Below are positions 50,045 to 62,322 of a stretch of 64,000 bases of DNA, piece after piece. This DNA comes from Fistulifera solaris (lineage: Eukaryota): positions 434,001 through 498,000 of the forward strand of contig AP026162.1 of assembly GCA_030295235.1 (NCBI GenBank), written 5' to 3'. A model generated the notes under the pieces. The model saw nothing but the letters and a program-made list of their open reading frames with translations, made no database searches and was not told where the DNA came from. Each line of letters begins with the position of its first letter. The stretch's first letter is position 1. A program made the position numbers and the translations under genes.

Positions 50045-51553
50045 TCATGTTGATAATGGTGCCGTTTCTCCACACGGACTGATCGTTCCGCAAACCGGAC
50101 ACCGGACAAGTTCGTATCGACTCGAAATTTGCAGCCTCTGACAGCAAGCTTGACAGCTGACAACCTGAATTGGAAAATGAGGAAAGGTCCGACTGTACCA
50201 GCCTGTGTAAAGTTCTTTATCCTGAAAGGACAACTGTTCTGCGCCTTCCGAACCACTCGGATCAATAGCCCCATTATTTGCACTTTCATTGAGTGAAAGA
50301 CTTTTGTGAAGAGCCTCTCGAGTTGGAACACGACTCTCGTAGTATTTTGTAGAATCAGCTTCGTCTGCTTCGTCAATTAAGCTGATTCTCGTGCCGTCCC
50401 TGCGGTTTTCGTTGTGACCTATATGCGAGCCTTGGACCGCTCTGCCTGAATCAATAGTCTTTTTATTGCCTTGGTGCAGTTTCACGTCCTGATCGCCGGT
50501 AAAGTTGTCGCCGTGTAATCTGGTGCCTAGTGATTGTTCATTATTGAGAGATATTCTTCCGTCAGAATCAAATGAAGATCGACCTGATTGATTACCACGA
50601 TCCACGCCGAATGGTTGAAACGATAGAGTTACATCCAACGTAGCTTCACGCGGCGGTATTAGGTTTTGCTGATTGGTCCTTCTAATTGCGGGCGGCTGAA
50701 ATCTGGTGTTCTCTTCAAGAAGTGCGTTGCTTTGATTATTCGGTGACCGAGAAGTTGTCATGTTCCGTGCTTCTTCAAAACTACGCATTTGTCCTCTATA
50801 TCGATCATTTCGTAACTCGTCGTTATCCCCATGTGTAAGCGATGGTGTACCAGAAATTTGACTTAGTAAATTCATTCCTTCATTGTCGAGCTGTTTATGA
50901 AAGCGACGGGATACGGACCACGATCCATTCAACACGTCATGCAGTTGCCTCGCCAGTGTTTCATCGGTGTCCTGATCTGAATGTTGACTCTTCGATTCGC
51001 CCTTTTCATTTTCCAAAAGCATTTTTATTATTTCCGCTGTGGTTTGTGCCGCAAGCTCGGGTGGAAGAATAAACTCATTTTCTACCGTTCCTTCGAATGG
51101 CGACTTGTTCGATCTGCCCTGTTCAAAGTTCTGCAGAGGTTTCGCTGGAGTTGTATCCGATTTCGGGCTGGACGGAAGCATATCCGAGTGCGACGAAGAA
51201 TCCGACAAAGGCTTTCTTGAAAAGTAATTCCTAGAGATGGGCTGCCGAAATACACCTTGTGGGTAGGCCGCTGGTTTTGTGTCATCGGCCGAGTTCACGG
51301 AAATACTTCGAGCCAGCTCACTAGTTTCAACATTATCCTGGAGACCGTTAATCAAAGACAGTGCTTCTTCGGCGTGTTCTTCTTGATATCGTATCATTTC
51401 CTCATATAAAGACAAAGTTGGTTGACGCGCTGCAGCTGCAGTGGGTGCTGGAATTTCATTCGTATTCGACGTTGACTGTATTTCCGACATGCTTGCGATG
51501 AGCACTTCTGAGTCCTGCTGTTCGAGCTCTATCGGGTCTTCGCCTACGTCCAT
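50045..51553 (-). CDS. Hypothetical disordered protein with UIM-like segment and C-terminal zinc ribbon
   Basis: Intact 502-aa ORF with DETLARQLH and C-terminal VSCQAC...LVRCPVCGTIS. Confidence 0.6.
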   Translation of the reverse strand: MDVGEDPIELEQQDSEVLIASMSEIQSTSNTNEIPAPTAAAARQPTLSLYEEMIRYQEEHAEEALSLINGLQDNVETSELARSISVNSADDTKPAAYPQGVFRQPISRNYFSRKPLSDSSSHSDMLPSSPKSDTTPAKPLQNFEQGRSNKSPFEGTVENEFILPPELAAQTTAEIIKMLLENEKGESKSQHSDQDTDETLARQLHDVLNGSWSVSRRFHKQLDNEGMNLLSQISGTPSLTHGDNDELRNDRYRGQMRSFEEARNMTTSRSPNNQSNALLEENTRFQPPAIRRTNQQNLIPPREATLDVTLSFQPFGVDRGNQSGRSSFDSDGRISLNNEQSLGTRLHGDNFTGDQDVKLHQGNKKTIDSGRAVQGSHIGHNENRRDGTRISLIDEADEADSTKYYESRVPTREALHKSLSLNESANNGAIDPSGSEGAEQLSFQDKELYTGWYSRTFPHFPIQVVSCQACCQRLQISSRYELVRCPVCGTISPCGETAPLST

Positions 51554-52182
51554 TTTTCAGCAGCAATCGATACACATTCAGCAATTAAAAAATAAAATAG
51601 AGTAAATTTTCGCTTTCTTTCCGACGTAAATACCAAAAGGCAAGCGATGAAAAGAGAAACAAAAAGGAAATAATAATCATCGCATCGTCGGCCGTCGTCG
51701 TTTTTCAGCATACAGCATGACTGTGTGCCAAGGTGTACACTCGTAGTAGTGGTTCGTGGTTCTGTCTTTTACGACGTAACCATGTTTTAGAATATAAAGT
51801 ATATAGAGGCCATGAGTACAGTTGCAGTACCGAAAAGGCTTGACTTTTCAATAGCGCGTTTCATGCGTACTAAGGTTACTGTACGAAAGCGAACTCCAAC
51901 TATAGTCCAATAAAGTAGTCGATAAAGAATGCAGAACGCAGAACACACTTCTTTCAAGAATGACCATGACCGCGCCCTGCGCCGCCACCCGCCACCGGAA
52001 ACAAGAAAAAGCGCCGCAACCGTCGTCACAAAACGAAGAGGAAGATGCAACGAAGCCACCATAAGCTTGACGCCATTGTATTTATCAAATAACCGAGATT
52101 CTCGCACACAGCACCGAATCCTCTACACTACAGGAAAGCAGGAAGTCATCGCATTTGAATTGCTATTGCGAAAATACACACC

Positions 52183-53633
52183 ATGAGATTGAACCGAAAT
52201 CTCCGCCGATTTTCACAGCCTCTGAGTATCATCAGTAAGTAGCAAGACCGCATCGAGAAACACATGCTTGTGCTCGGCTCTCACGTTTTTGAAACATAGC
52301 TTGTACCGACAAACTGATCCAGAATGATCCTGGCTTTGTTGAATTATCTCTTGAACGATTAGGAGAAAACTTTGACTTGGATGATTTTGTCTATGCCATC
52401 AAAGCGAATCGGACTGTCAAACACGTCTGTTTCTCCGGTACTTTTGTTCGCGAGCTACAATCAGATCAGTGGAAAACAATGCTCGAGGCAGTGGGACACC
52501 TATCGACTTTGGAAGAGCTTCAAATTTGGTGTTCCACCATTCCGATTGGCGTCTTTCGCAAGACCATTGAGTCTGCTAAGGTACTCCGAAAAGTGTATTT
52601 CTTTCGAATCACCTTGTCAGGTACGCAAGCGGAATTCGATGATTTCGCAGCAACTTTGAAAGACCATCCAAGTCTTCGCGACTTTAGAATCGGCGGGTTC
52701 CAGACATCGGATGAAAACATCAATCTAGATTCGGTGGTAGAAGCATTCGCCGAAATGCCAGCACTCGAAGTCGTTAGTCTACAGTTGACAGGCTTTCATG
52801 AGTCAGTCCCATTCTCTGGCAACTCGCTGGCTCGGCTTTTTCAGTCAGAGAGCTTGAGTGACCTGTACTTGTCGCGCCTCGGACTCGTCGCAGAGCATTT
52901 CGATGTTATAGTACGCGGCATGACCGAGAACGAGAATTTGCGTGTTCTCGACCTCTTTGGTAATAATATAAGTAATGAGCACGTTGTCTCTATGGCAGAG
53001 GCGCTGGCTCAAAATACGGGACTCGAGACTCTTGTATTGCCATGTCCCGCCGAAGATCTGAGCGTCGAAAGCTGCAAAGCTATCTCACAGGCTTTGCAGG
53101 TAAACAAAACGCTGGTCACACTCAACCTACCCCGCAGTATACTTACCGATGAGGGATTGACACACATAGCTGAAGGACTCACGGTCAACACAACGTTAAA
53201 GAAGATCGAAGTTGGTGTCAGCAAATCCATCGGCGGAAAAGGAACCGACGCGCTCGAGGAGATGTTAGAAAAGAATTATGAACTCCAGCGGTTAGTTGTC
53301 TCGAGCGCAGAAAAGGGAGTAAAGGAAAAGGTTGAGTTTTATATGCGTCTGAATGAAGTAGGCCGAGGTTCCTTGCTTCGAGATGGAAAGGCTACTAGAG
53401 AACAATGGGTTGAGATGCTCTCGACGGTAACCAACGATCTGGACTGTCTCTTTTACTTCATATCAATGAATCCTGCTTTATGCCAGTTTGCTAACACACA
53501 GGGAGCCGATGTGATTATCACGGAAGAGTTTAGACCCAAGCGACGACACACGATAGAGCTTGGCAACTACAACTCTGCGGAAGATGAAGCCAACAAATTG
53601 AAAGCCAAGCCGAGAAGAGCGTCTGCATTCTAA
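52183..53633 (+). CDS. RNI-like leucine-rich repeat protein (intron 52235-52299)
   Basis: NENLRVLDLFGNNIS, NTGLETLVL, NKTLVTLNL and NTTLKKIEV repeats. The GTAAGT...TAG intron gives a continuous frame from ATG 52183. Confidence 0.82.
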
Positions 53634-53780
53634 ACTACAGCATTACATAAAGGAAGCATAACTGCTTTATTATTTACGACCATACCTCCGCAATATATGT
53701 AACGACATCACAATTCTATTTTACTAAATGTCACCACTGATTATCCACATAGCCACTATCCACTACGGAGTATTATCCTT

Positions 53781-55525
53781 AGTGAAACGTAGTCCATCGG
53801 CATCTTCGAAGACACCAAGAACGCGTGCACTATCGGCCCAATATTTTTGCCTCCACCAGCCGATGATTTTCTTTCACGCAATTGACAGAGCTCATCTTTG
53901 ATCGAAGACGGGATACTTCTACAATGATCGCAGAGATGACCGCTTGCTAAATTTTGGGCTGCTTGATAAATTCCCGTAGTTGTGCTTGGATAGTACGTAG
54001 AACCACGAGAGCGCAAATGAAGTGCCAAGTGGCTGCAGTGTCGGCATCGGATACCCACCTGTCCAAGAACTATTGGACGGTTTCTGCCTTGCGCATTGGT
54101 ATTGACGTCTTCTTGGGAAGCTTCGAAAAGCTCAATTTGTAGTCTGACTAGACACTGGTACGGAGAAAGCATGTCTTTGTCGCAGCTCATTGCGAGAATC
54201 ACACTACCTCGTCTCGTCAGAGGTAGTTCAGCACTGTCCTCTTGGACTTTAAGTTCAGTCTCACTATCTTGAGCGGGTGGTCCATGCACACTTTGCTGGG
54301 CTGTAGTCGAACCACTCTGCGAAACTCTTAGGCCATCTCGAATGTTCGACGAAGACTGCCCTGAAGCCTGACGAAAAAGTTCAACAAGCAGACGCTCCGC
54401 ATCCGCGTTCTGGCGCATTGAGGTGTTCGAAGAGGAGGTATAGGTAGATACACCATGGTTGCTGTTACGAAGGTGGCTTTGAGATGAGTTGACTGCATAG
54501 CCGTTTGTACTAGCTCCTGGAGTGGACAATTGCAGAAGCAATTCAAGAACACCGTGATTACTTGGCTGATAACTACTTGTACTCATTGTTCCTTGACCAA
54601 ATGTCTCATGCACTCCATGGTTTGTTCCTGATTCCTTCTGAGCCACATTGTGGCCAGGTGATGGAGATGCTCCTTGAGTCAGTGTCGCTAACAAGTGGGA
54701 AAGACCGGACAATTCTCTAGTAGTTGAAGAAGCCGACGCACTGCGTCCGTTTCTCATCGGATCCAGATCTGTCGAAGGGTTATGAAGTCGGTCTTGAACC
54801 AATCTCGATGATCCTTGAGTTAAAAGAGACATGATCGACTCTTGGTTTGAAAGAGAGCTGCCTTCTAAAACACAGCCAGCTATCTCTTGACTGGCCCAAG
54901 GTGGTGCACTATTCGTGTCCGACAACCGTTGGTCCTGTTGATTCTGCGAATACGCGGGGTTATTCTGCTGGAGCGAAGAGAGGTTCTGTAACGCATTGAT
55001 GACGTGTTGTATCAACGACAAATCTTCGTTGTTTGAAATGGGTTGAGTGGGGATCGGGTGCGTTTGAAAGGAATTGCTGTGTCTGCTGGCTGAAGGAAGG
55101 CTTGAGTCGGGGGCAGAGCCATTTTGTGGGTGTTCAATGCGAAGCATCGATGCGATTACATCAGTTAACTGACTTCTTTCTCCCATGTTTCGATTCTGGG
55201 GCTCACTTCGTGGGAAGGTACGAAGTGTATGATCAACTGGAAGCTGGGTGGCCATGCATCGCAAAATCAAATGAAGAAGCAGCTGAGTAGGAGTAGGTGG
55301 CGGCACAAAGCTTTGAAGCTGGCCCAAAGCAAGTTGCGAAAACAAGCCTTGCGATGAATGTTCGGCGTTTAACAAAGCGCGCTCAGTGCCCTCGAGGTCC
55401 GTTCTCCTTTGTTTCGGTTCTCTATCGCTTTCGTTCACACTCGAAAAATAACTTGAACGGAGTTGGTCATTGTTCTGTAATGCATCGTTGCTGTTACTTG
55501 GTCTTTTCTTGCGGTGGTTGTTCAT
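53781..55525 (-). CDS. Low-complexity protein with C-terminal Cys/His domain of a diatom-expanded family (putative DNA-binding/transcription regulator; frameshift ~53846; end approximate)
   Basis: Q/S/N-rich N-terminus, then LSPYQCLVRLQIELFEA, GQVGIRCRHC, YYPST, IYQAAQN and HLCDHC. The corrected end reads GGKKYWADSARVLGV. Confidence 0.6.
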
Positions 55526-56470
55526 TGTGGATGTCGATAAATGCAGTGTGTTACAATTATTTGGCTGATTTCCTTTTGTGAACGCAATGGGGAGAGCGAT
55601 GGTAATGTGTTTCCGTAAAATAAAAATCCATGGGCCATCTGACTTCTGAGCCTGAAATCTGAAATGAACAGCTGGGTGGATTCTATTGATTTGATTGGTC
55701 GAGCCCGTTCATACCGAAATACGTACTTGGCAGAAACGACATGCGAGCGTTTCACTCCGAGGTTCCATGCTTCAATTTTCTTAGGGTAATAATTCGTAGA
55801 TCAAAATACACGCTGAACACCTACTCAGTCATACGTAAGCAAAAAAGAAACAGGTGGGTTCACTTTCTTTTTGTCTGTGCATCATCATTCCGAAATGTCC
55901 TCTTTCTTATGACACGTAACTCGTGACTAAGGCAATCGGGTTGCGAGAATGTGGAAACATTTCCTTAAGTGAAATCCGTGTCACTACAGTAGTGGAGAGT
56001 GGAGACAGCCTTTTCCAAATGCTCTCAACGTGTCTCACTGTGATCTATCAGGCTCGAACTAACAAGAAACAAAAAAGTCTCTTTTCGCAGAACATACAGC
56101 TGTCGCAGATGGAACACGCCAGGTGGCGAAGCAGTAGCGCAGTACCACAGAAAACCAGCTACCAGCTGCTCGAAGCGACAAATGCGAAGGTCGAACGCGA
56201 AGAAAAAGTTCAAGTTGCACTTACTACGACTGCGATAGTCCGCGTAAGCCTTAACCTTTCCAGGATCCATGAGATGACTTCCTCGATTTTATCCGTAACG
56301 TTAATGCAGATAGGTAACCATACGCCGAAAAGATTTTCCTTTCCGCGTCTTTATTTTATCGGCAAGGGTTTTCCGTGTGCGTCTATTATTCATTCGCATT
56401 CATTCATCCTTGCATCGATCATCGAACGCCTATAAATTTATTTATACTTATTCTTAGTTGTATAATAATT

Positions 56471-57989
56471 ATGAAGCGAAGACTGACTGGTCATGTGCTT
56501 AACCCGGAAGAAGCTCTTCCAGTTCACGAAACGCAAGAGTCGAAATACAAGGATAAACGGCGACTTTCGGCTTTTACGCTTGCTATCCGATGCATTGGCT
56601 CTGTTCTGTTGTTTATCTATCTAATTTATCGGACTGTGAATACGTCGCAGCATCAACACAGCTTACTTAGCTACATACCTAAAGCTAACGAGCAGGCCGT
56701 GTGGGAATGGCCGTTGGTTCATATCGTCAATACACGTTTTATGCAAGAACAGGGTAATTTGACTGCTCTTGCAAAGGCACGACTTGCTCTGTTTCAAGTG
56801 TTCTGTCTTCCCACAATGCGAAATCAATCGACGCAACAATTTCTCTGGATCATCAAAACAGATCCAAATTTGGACCCTGATGTCCTCGCTGCATTGGCCG
56901 AAGAACTCAAACCGTTTCCTAACTTCTTCCTGGTGGCATCCAACAACAACTTTCGCATCAATGAAGATTTTCCAGGGGCTTGGAGAGACGGTGCGGAAGC
57001 TCAGGATTTGTCTCGGTCTCTAGTCTACACTGGTGATCAGGCTTTACTGGAAAATGCAATGGCTTTTCATCGAGCAACAGATCCTTATCCTGTCATTGAA
57101 ACGCGGCTTGATAGCGATGATGGATTGCATTTAGAATATCTTAAAGCAGTTCAGGATGCCGCTATCGATATTTTGAAGCAACCGGGAAACGAAGAAGAGT
57201 CAAGGGCTAGCTGGATGTACTGGTGTTCACGTCGTCATGTGGAATGGCACTTTGCGGAAAAATTACAGGGTAATGAGGCTATATGGAAACAAATTACAAC
57301 GTTTGGTGCATTCCAGGGTATCCAACATAAGAACCTGTGTATAACACCTGGGATTACCGTCGGATTTGGCTACGGTGTATCGGAAAAAGATGTTCCCGTT
57401 TATGGTCATCACGTTTTGGTCGACAAAATACGAGAGACTCCTAACGATGAGGCGTGCGGTCTTCCTGACCATAATGATTGCCTCCAGTTCGTAGAAGGCT
57501 TCGTTTTTGAAGCAATCAGATCAAGGAGTCCTACGGTACGTATTTGTTCTGGCTAGATTTTACTTTCTTTCTCTAGCTTTAATTTCAATGATTTCCTCAT
57601 CGATCTTGCTTTCATCCTCAATGGTCATTCTATTTCCTCAGTCGGCTGGCATGTTGAAAGTTGATGTCAATGCTCATGAAGTTGCAACAGATGCTTGGCT
57701 GTATTTCGCCTACCTCAATATGGTACGCGACAAGTTCAGCATACAAATACAACAGCTCAAGTGGATGAATGAATATCTATCCGAAAACTTATTGAAGATC
57801 GCAGAGGATAATCTTGTGGGCCAATGTACCACGGGACATAGCTGCAAAGTACGTTGCTCGCTCGCCGTTTACATTTATTATTTAGTTCGATCACTTCCTT
57901 ACCAATTTTCACTTCCACTTGTACAGGATGACGCCAAAGCAAGCTTGAACGCACTTATTGCCAGTCGAGTGAATTCGACACTAAGTTAG
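56471..57989 (+). CDS. Type II membrane GT-A-like protein, putative rhamnosyltransferase family (introns ~57536-57641, ~57849-57926)
   Basis: N-terminal TM, then IVNTRF, RLALFQVFCLPTMRNQS..FLWII and ETRLDSDDGL (DxD). Confidence 0.65.
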
Positions 57990-58264
57990 AATTAGGTAGG
58001 AGCTTGGGAAATCACCGAGTGCACTTGGACTTACTGTACCCTAGTTTTTGTCTTTGAAAGGTCTTGACGTCAAAGATACCGATGACGTCACACACATTTC
58101 GAAAAAACTGCACACAACTTTTGCAATGGTTTCACATTACTTCGGAGTATTTGTTATTGTTGCTCGAACATATTATTTTATGCTATCAAGATTTTTAAAC
58201 TCTTGCTTGAATCAACAAAAAGAAAAGAAGTCGCTAGTAGCTAACTGGGAAGATCGGAGCGAGC

Positions 58265-59261
58265 ATGTGCAATTTCTACAGTCCCCATGATCTTTGCTTG
58301 AGCATCTGCATCTTTTTGTTCTTAACCAGTTCGGGTGCTGCATTCTCAACGCGATCTTTCCGTTCGTCGGAGCAAGCGTATCAGAACAATAAAATAAGTC
58401 ATTATGACTGGTTTCTCCAAGCATCGCCACTTGATCAAGAATCCGTGCAAACATGTTCAGACACGATTTCGCGTCGTGCAACCATTCGTTCACTGGCAAT
58501 GGCAGCTGCTATCACCTGCTCCTCATCATTGAGCCCCCATGCGACCGCAGCTGAAGACACCGGAAAGACAGAAATCACAGATCGCATCTACTTGACTCTA
58601 AAGGGTCTTGGTCCAGATCCGAAAAGAATCGTTATTGGATTGTTTGGCAAAGAAGCCCCAAACTCGGTGTCGATGATTAAACAACTGGTATCCGAAAGCG
58701 GACTTCCAGCTCCTTGTCGACCGCGAGCGGAAAGGTCGCTGCAAAAAGAGCAGCTGGAGGCAAACAAAGTCTACAGTGCATGCAAAGAAAGAGAAAAACA
58801 CCGGTGTATATCTCAAGTTTTCTTCCATTTGGAGAGTTATTAAGGATGAAAGAATTGATGTCGGTGCCGTGTCGGGACGCTTTGTAGCAAGAGCATATCC
58901 AATGTGGTCCGAGACAAAAGCATCGTCACTGAAGCACGATGCGCCTGGGGTCGTATCAGTACGACGTGGTGACGACAGTGGCTTTGGTTTCGTCATATAT
59001 CCAGGTGATGGCAAAACAAACACAGCAGCGCTAGATGAAGATAATATCGTTGTTGGGAAAGTGATTGATGGATTGGATGTTGTAAAAGAGTTGAACGAGG
59101 TCCCAATCATCCTCTCATCGAAATACAACTACATGGGACTCACTGGAGGCCCGAAAACGTCAAATTCGCCAGATCGTTCTTGCCGATATGGTGGTCCGAT
59201 GTATTGCAACGAAAACAAGCCGCTCATCAAGCTTTCTATAACGGACACTGGAGTTATCTAA
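58265..59261 (+). CDS. Divergent cyclophilin-like protein, probably thylakoid lumen (frameshift ~58797)
   Basis: Signal ending GAA-F, twin-Arg ISRRATIR...ATA, ITDRIYL, RIVIGLFGKEAP, LKHDAPGVVS and VVGKVIDGLDVV. Confidence 0.8.
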
Positions 59262-59318
59262 TATGATTACGTTACAATAGACGTGCGATTTCCTTGTACT
59301 TTAATTCAGCGCATCATG

Positions 59319-61019
59319 TTAAGGTACTGCAGCAAATGCCTGCTGGGCCAGCTTTCGTGCTCGCCTACTAACCGGAAGAGGTCTTAATATGGCACTCTTC
59401 GCCCACGCAGCGATGAACAAGATCATGATTACTGTGCGATACTTCGATAGAAGAGCCAACACTTTTGCATGACTCTCCCAGCGTAAATAAGTATTTTCGA
59501 AGTTCTCAACAATCTCCGTAAAAGCTTCGGGGTTACGCCTTTGCAAACTTCGGCCAATTTGGCAGCTTGATAATCATCTAGTGGAAAGCCAGCCATACTA
59601 GCCATTTGACGTATCTGGGGCCCGGATGTGTTTTGCAAAACGCTACAAATTTGCTCTTGCGTTTCATCCTTGTCCAAACGCTTGGAGAGCGATGACAAAA
59701 CAGATTTCGCTAGGCTCCCGGCACCGCCCTCTTTGTTCGACCCGGACCCCATCATGTTACTTAATAGCGAGGACGTGAAAATGTCTTTCATATCACCCAT
59801 CGGTGACGCTGGTATATCATTGCTTGATTTTTTCAGCAGGGATTCCAGCAAGGCATTGGATCCAGAAATATCTAATGTTTCCGACGAGCCTGTTGACGAT
59901 TCCCGCATGAGCTTTCCGTACAAAGCAACTGCTTTGCTATCCCCAAGAAACGCCGCAGATCGAGCGTCTTGTAGCGCAGCAGCCGTGTCACCGAGCTCCA
60001 ATTCGGCTTTTGCCCTCCGATAGAACGCCCGAGCGCGCAATGCCGGTGTCGCGCCGGTTCCCTCTGACTCCACCAACTCCAGCACTGCCGTGCACGCCAA
60101 TTTCGCCTCTTCGTATTTTTCACACTTCAGTTGGCACAGGGATTCGTGTAAGCGACACGTTGCGTACTCGTTTAGGATACGATTGTCGCCCTCTTCGTCT
60201 TCCGACGATGATTCGAGAAAAGGAAGCAGTGATTGGGCTGCCTCCGAGAAGCGCAAAGCCGCCTTTTTAAACTTCTTCCGATCGTGCAAGCTTTTACCTT
60301 TCGCTCGTAATTGAGTAACCCGATCCATCGCTGCTGCTAGGTCTTCTTTTAAGAGTGCTGGAGTGGCCGCTTCCGTTTCTGGGGGAAAGAGTGGTAGTAT
60401 CCAGGTCAACCGTCGAGTTGTCACTAGCTTCCAACTCAACAACTGCAAGATCCTCTTCTACAAGCGTTGGAGTGGCCATTTCTGCTTCCGAGGGGAGAGT
60501 AGGATTATCATGTACAAGTATCGAATCACCATTCGCTTCCATTTGAGCTGCTCGATCCATTGCGGTTGCCAGGTCTTCTTCGGCCGTTTCGGGTTCAGGG
60601 GAACTATCGACGGCATCTTGCTCAAGTGCCGACCTATCTTCGCTATGAGGTAGTATCGTTGCCATGGTGGTTTCGAGAAATGCGGGTATTGTTCCTACGA
60701 AGGACGAGTCCGACAAAATAGCTGTATCATTTTGAATTGTATTTATACCGTTCTCCTCATTGCTTCCGTGCGATTCTGAGGCCGTTACCTTTTCTTCCCG
60801 GCTATCTTCATTATGCTCTAGTACAGTTACAGTATTCTCGGTAGCGTTCAAATTTTCTTCGACCTCCGCAGCAAGCGTATCACTGCTTCCTCCCCTGAGG
60901 ATCGTAAACGAAGGCGCTCGTCGTGATACCCACGATGCTTCGATCTGAATTAGTAATGCGCACAACAAGAAAGAAAGTACGACAACCACCCGCCGTAATT
61001 TACTTTGTCTTTGAATCAT
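59319..61019 (-). CDS. TPR-containing protein with signal peptide and C-terminal TM (frameshifts ~60383, ~59464)
   Basis: Hydrophobic leader plus LRGG, TPR-like KYEEAKLACTAVL and RAFYRRAKAELELG, and a terminal hydrophobic stretch. Confidence 0.65.
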
Positions 61020-61377
61020 GTCGTTAGTTGCGTGGCAATGTTGTGGGAGCTTCGAATGATCTTATAGATGAAAGCATTCGCATCATTGTCACACATTGTG
61101 TTCAAATAACGAGGCGAACAATACCAGTAAAAAGCAAAGATCGTCGGCGGCGCGGTCGGCGGATGAACCGTCTGAAGTGAGTACCGATAAGATATGTCCC
61201 AATAACTAAGTCCCTTGTTGGTTCATTCCCGGTTCTTCGTCGTTCGCAAACGGACAAAAACAACAGGAAGATCCGGAATCGTGATTGAAAATCACGTTGT
61301 CGCAGTCACGAGTAGCATCAACGATAAAACTACACGCAAGCCGACCCTTAACTCTAGAAAAGGATTGCTCGGCCGGC

Positions 61378-61524
61378 TACTTTCCCCAGTGGTGAAACAC
61401 CTTTCTCATCACTTTCCCCAATTGGGGAAAGTGCGAGACACTTTCCCCAATTTGCACTTTCCCCAATGCAACTTTCCCCAATTGGGGGAAAGTGCGCAAC
61501 ACTTTCCCCCATTGGGGAAAGTGT
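61378..61524. repeat. Cluster of CACTTTCCCCAAT motifs including the 24-bp palindrome CACTTTCCCCAATTGGGGAAAGTG
   Basis: Perfect palindrome at 61410-61433 plus further direct and inverted copies. Confidence 0.93.
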
Positions 61525-61907
61525 CTCGCTTTACGCGCAATCGCCAAAACAATGCTCCGGGCGGCTGTTCACACCTTGCAGACGACATGACGATTGTTAT
61601 CATTGCAGATACCTTCAACAACAACATTGACTTTCACGGAAAATGAGGTAGGCAACATTACGGATGCGACGGCGACCGAAGCCGCACCGTTAATCGGTGC
61701 GAAGCGCGACCCTAACCAATCAAGAGGAGCCAGCCAGGACAAGGAATGGCGGCGTGGACGTGAAGAAAAAGCCAGCTGATAAAAAAGACCACAAGGTTAA
61801 TATATTATTACATGGATGTTATTGAAGTAAAAGGTTGTTGCTGTTATTATTATTCATTCCTTTCCTCCGGCACGCAAAGACGACTTTTTGTTTGCGCAAC
61901 GTTGAAG

Positions 61908-62037
61908 CACTTTACGCACTTTCCCCAATTGCACTTTCCCCAATTGGGGGAAGTGCGTGACACTTTCCCCAATTCGCACTTTCCCCAATGCAGCTTTTCC
62001 CCAATTGGGGAAAGTGCGAGACACTTTCCCCCAATTG
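61908..62037. repeat. Second cluster of CACTTTCCCCAAT motifs and palindromes
   Basis: Same motif, in nearly the same order as in 61378-61524. Confidence 0.93.
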
Positions 62038-62322
62038 CGCAAGCCGTGCTTATCATCATTGAACCTGTTTTGCGTGAAGACTTTTCAAATCGCTGATAAG
62101 GAGCGCGGTCGGCGTTTTATGATGACGAAATCAATGCCAAATTAAGCAAAACAGGACTGATTGAGTCACGATTCCGGATCTTCCAGTCACACCCGTTTAC
62201 ACACAGAACGTCGCGCACGCACGTCGCACACCGCACATCGCTTGCACAATAAAACATGAGAATGCCAATTTTCTCCAAATCATTAGTCTAATATCTCACC
62301 TTACGAATAGATTACTCGAACG

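Larger units (their letters stand above)
61266..62184. mobile_element. Candidate non-autonomous TIR element (MITE-like), ~920 bp
   Basis: Perfect 19-bp inverted repeat GGAAGATCCGGAATCGTGA (61266-61284) / TCACGATTCCGGATCTTCC (62166-62184) encloses two subterminal repeat clusters. No convincing target-site duplication or transposase ORF. Confidence 0.55.

Noticed and set aside
61215..62145. Short ORFs with HFPQLG/NWGK repeats
   Set aside because: These are translations of the palindromic DNA repeat, with no transposase or other motifs.
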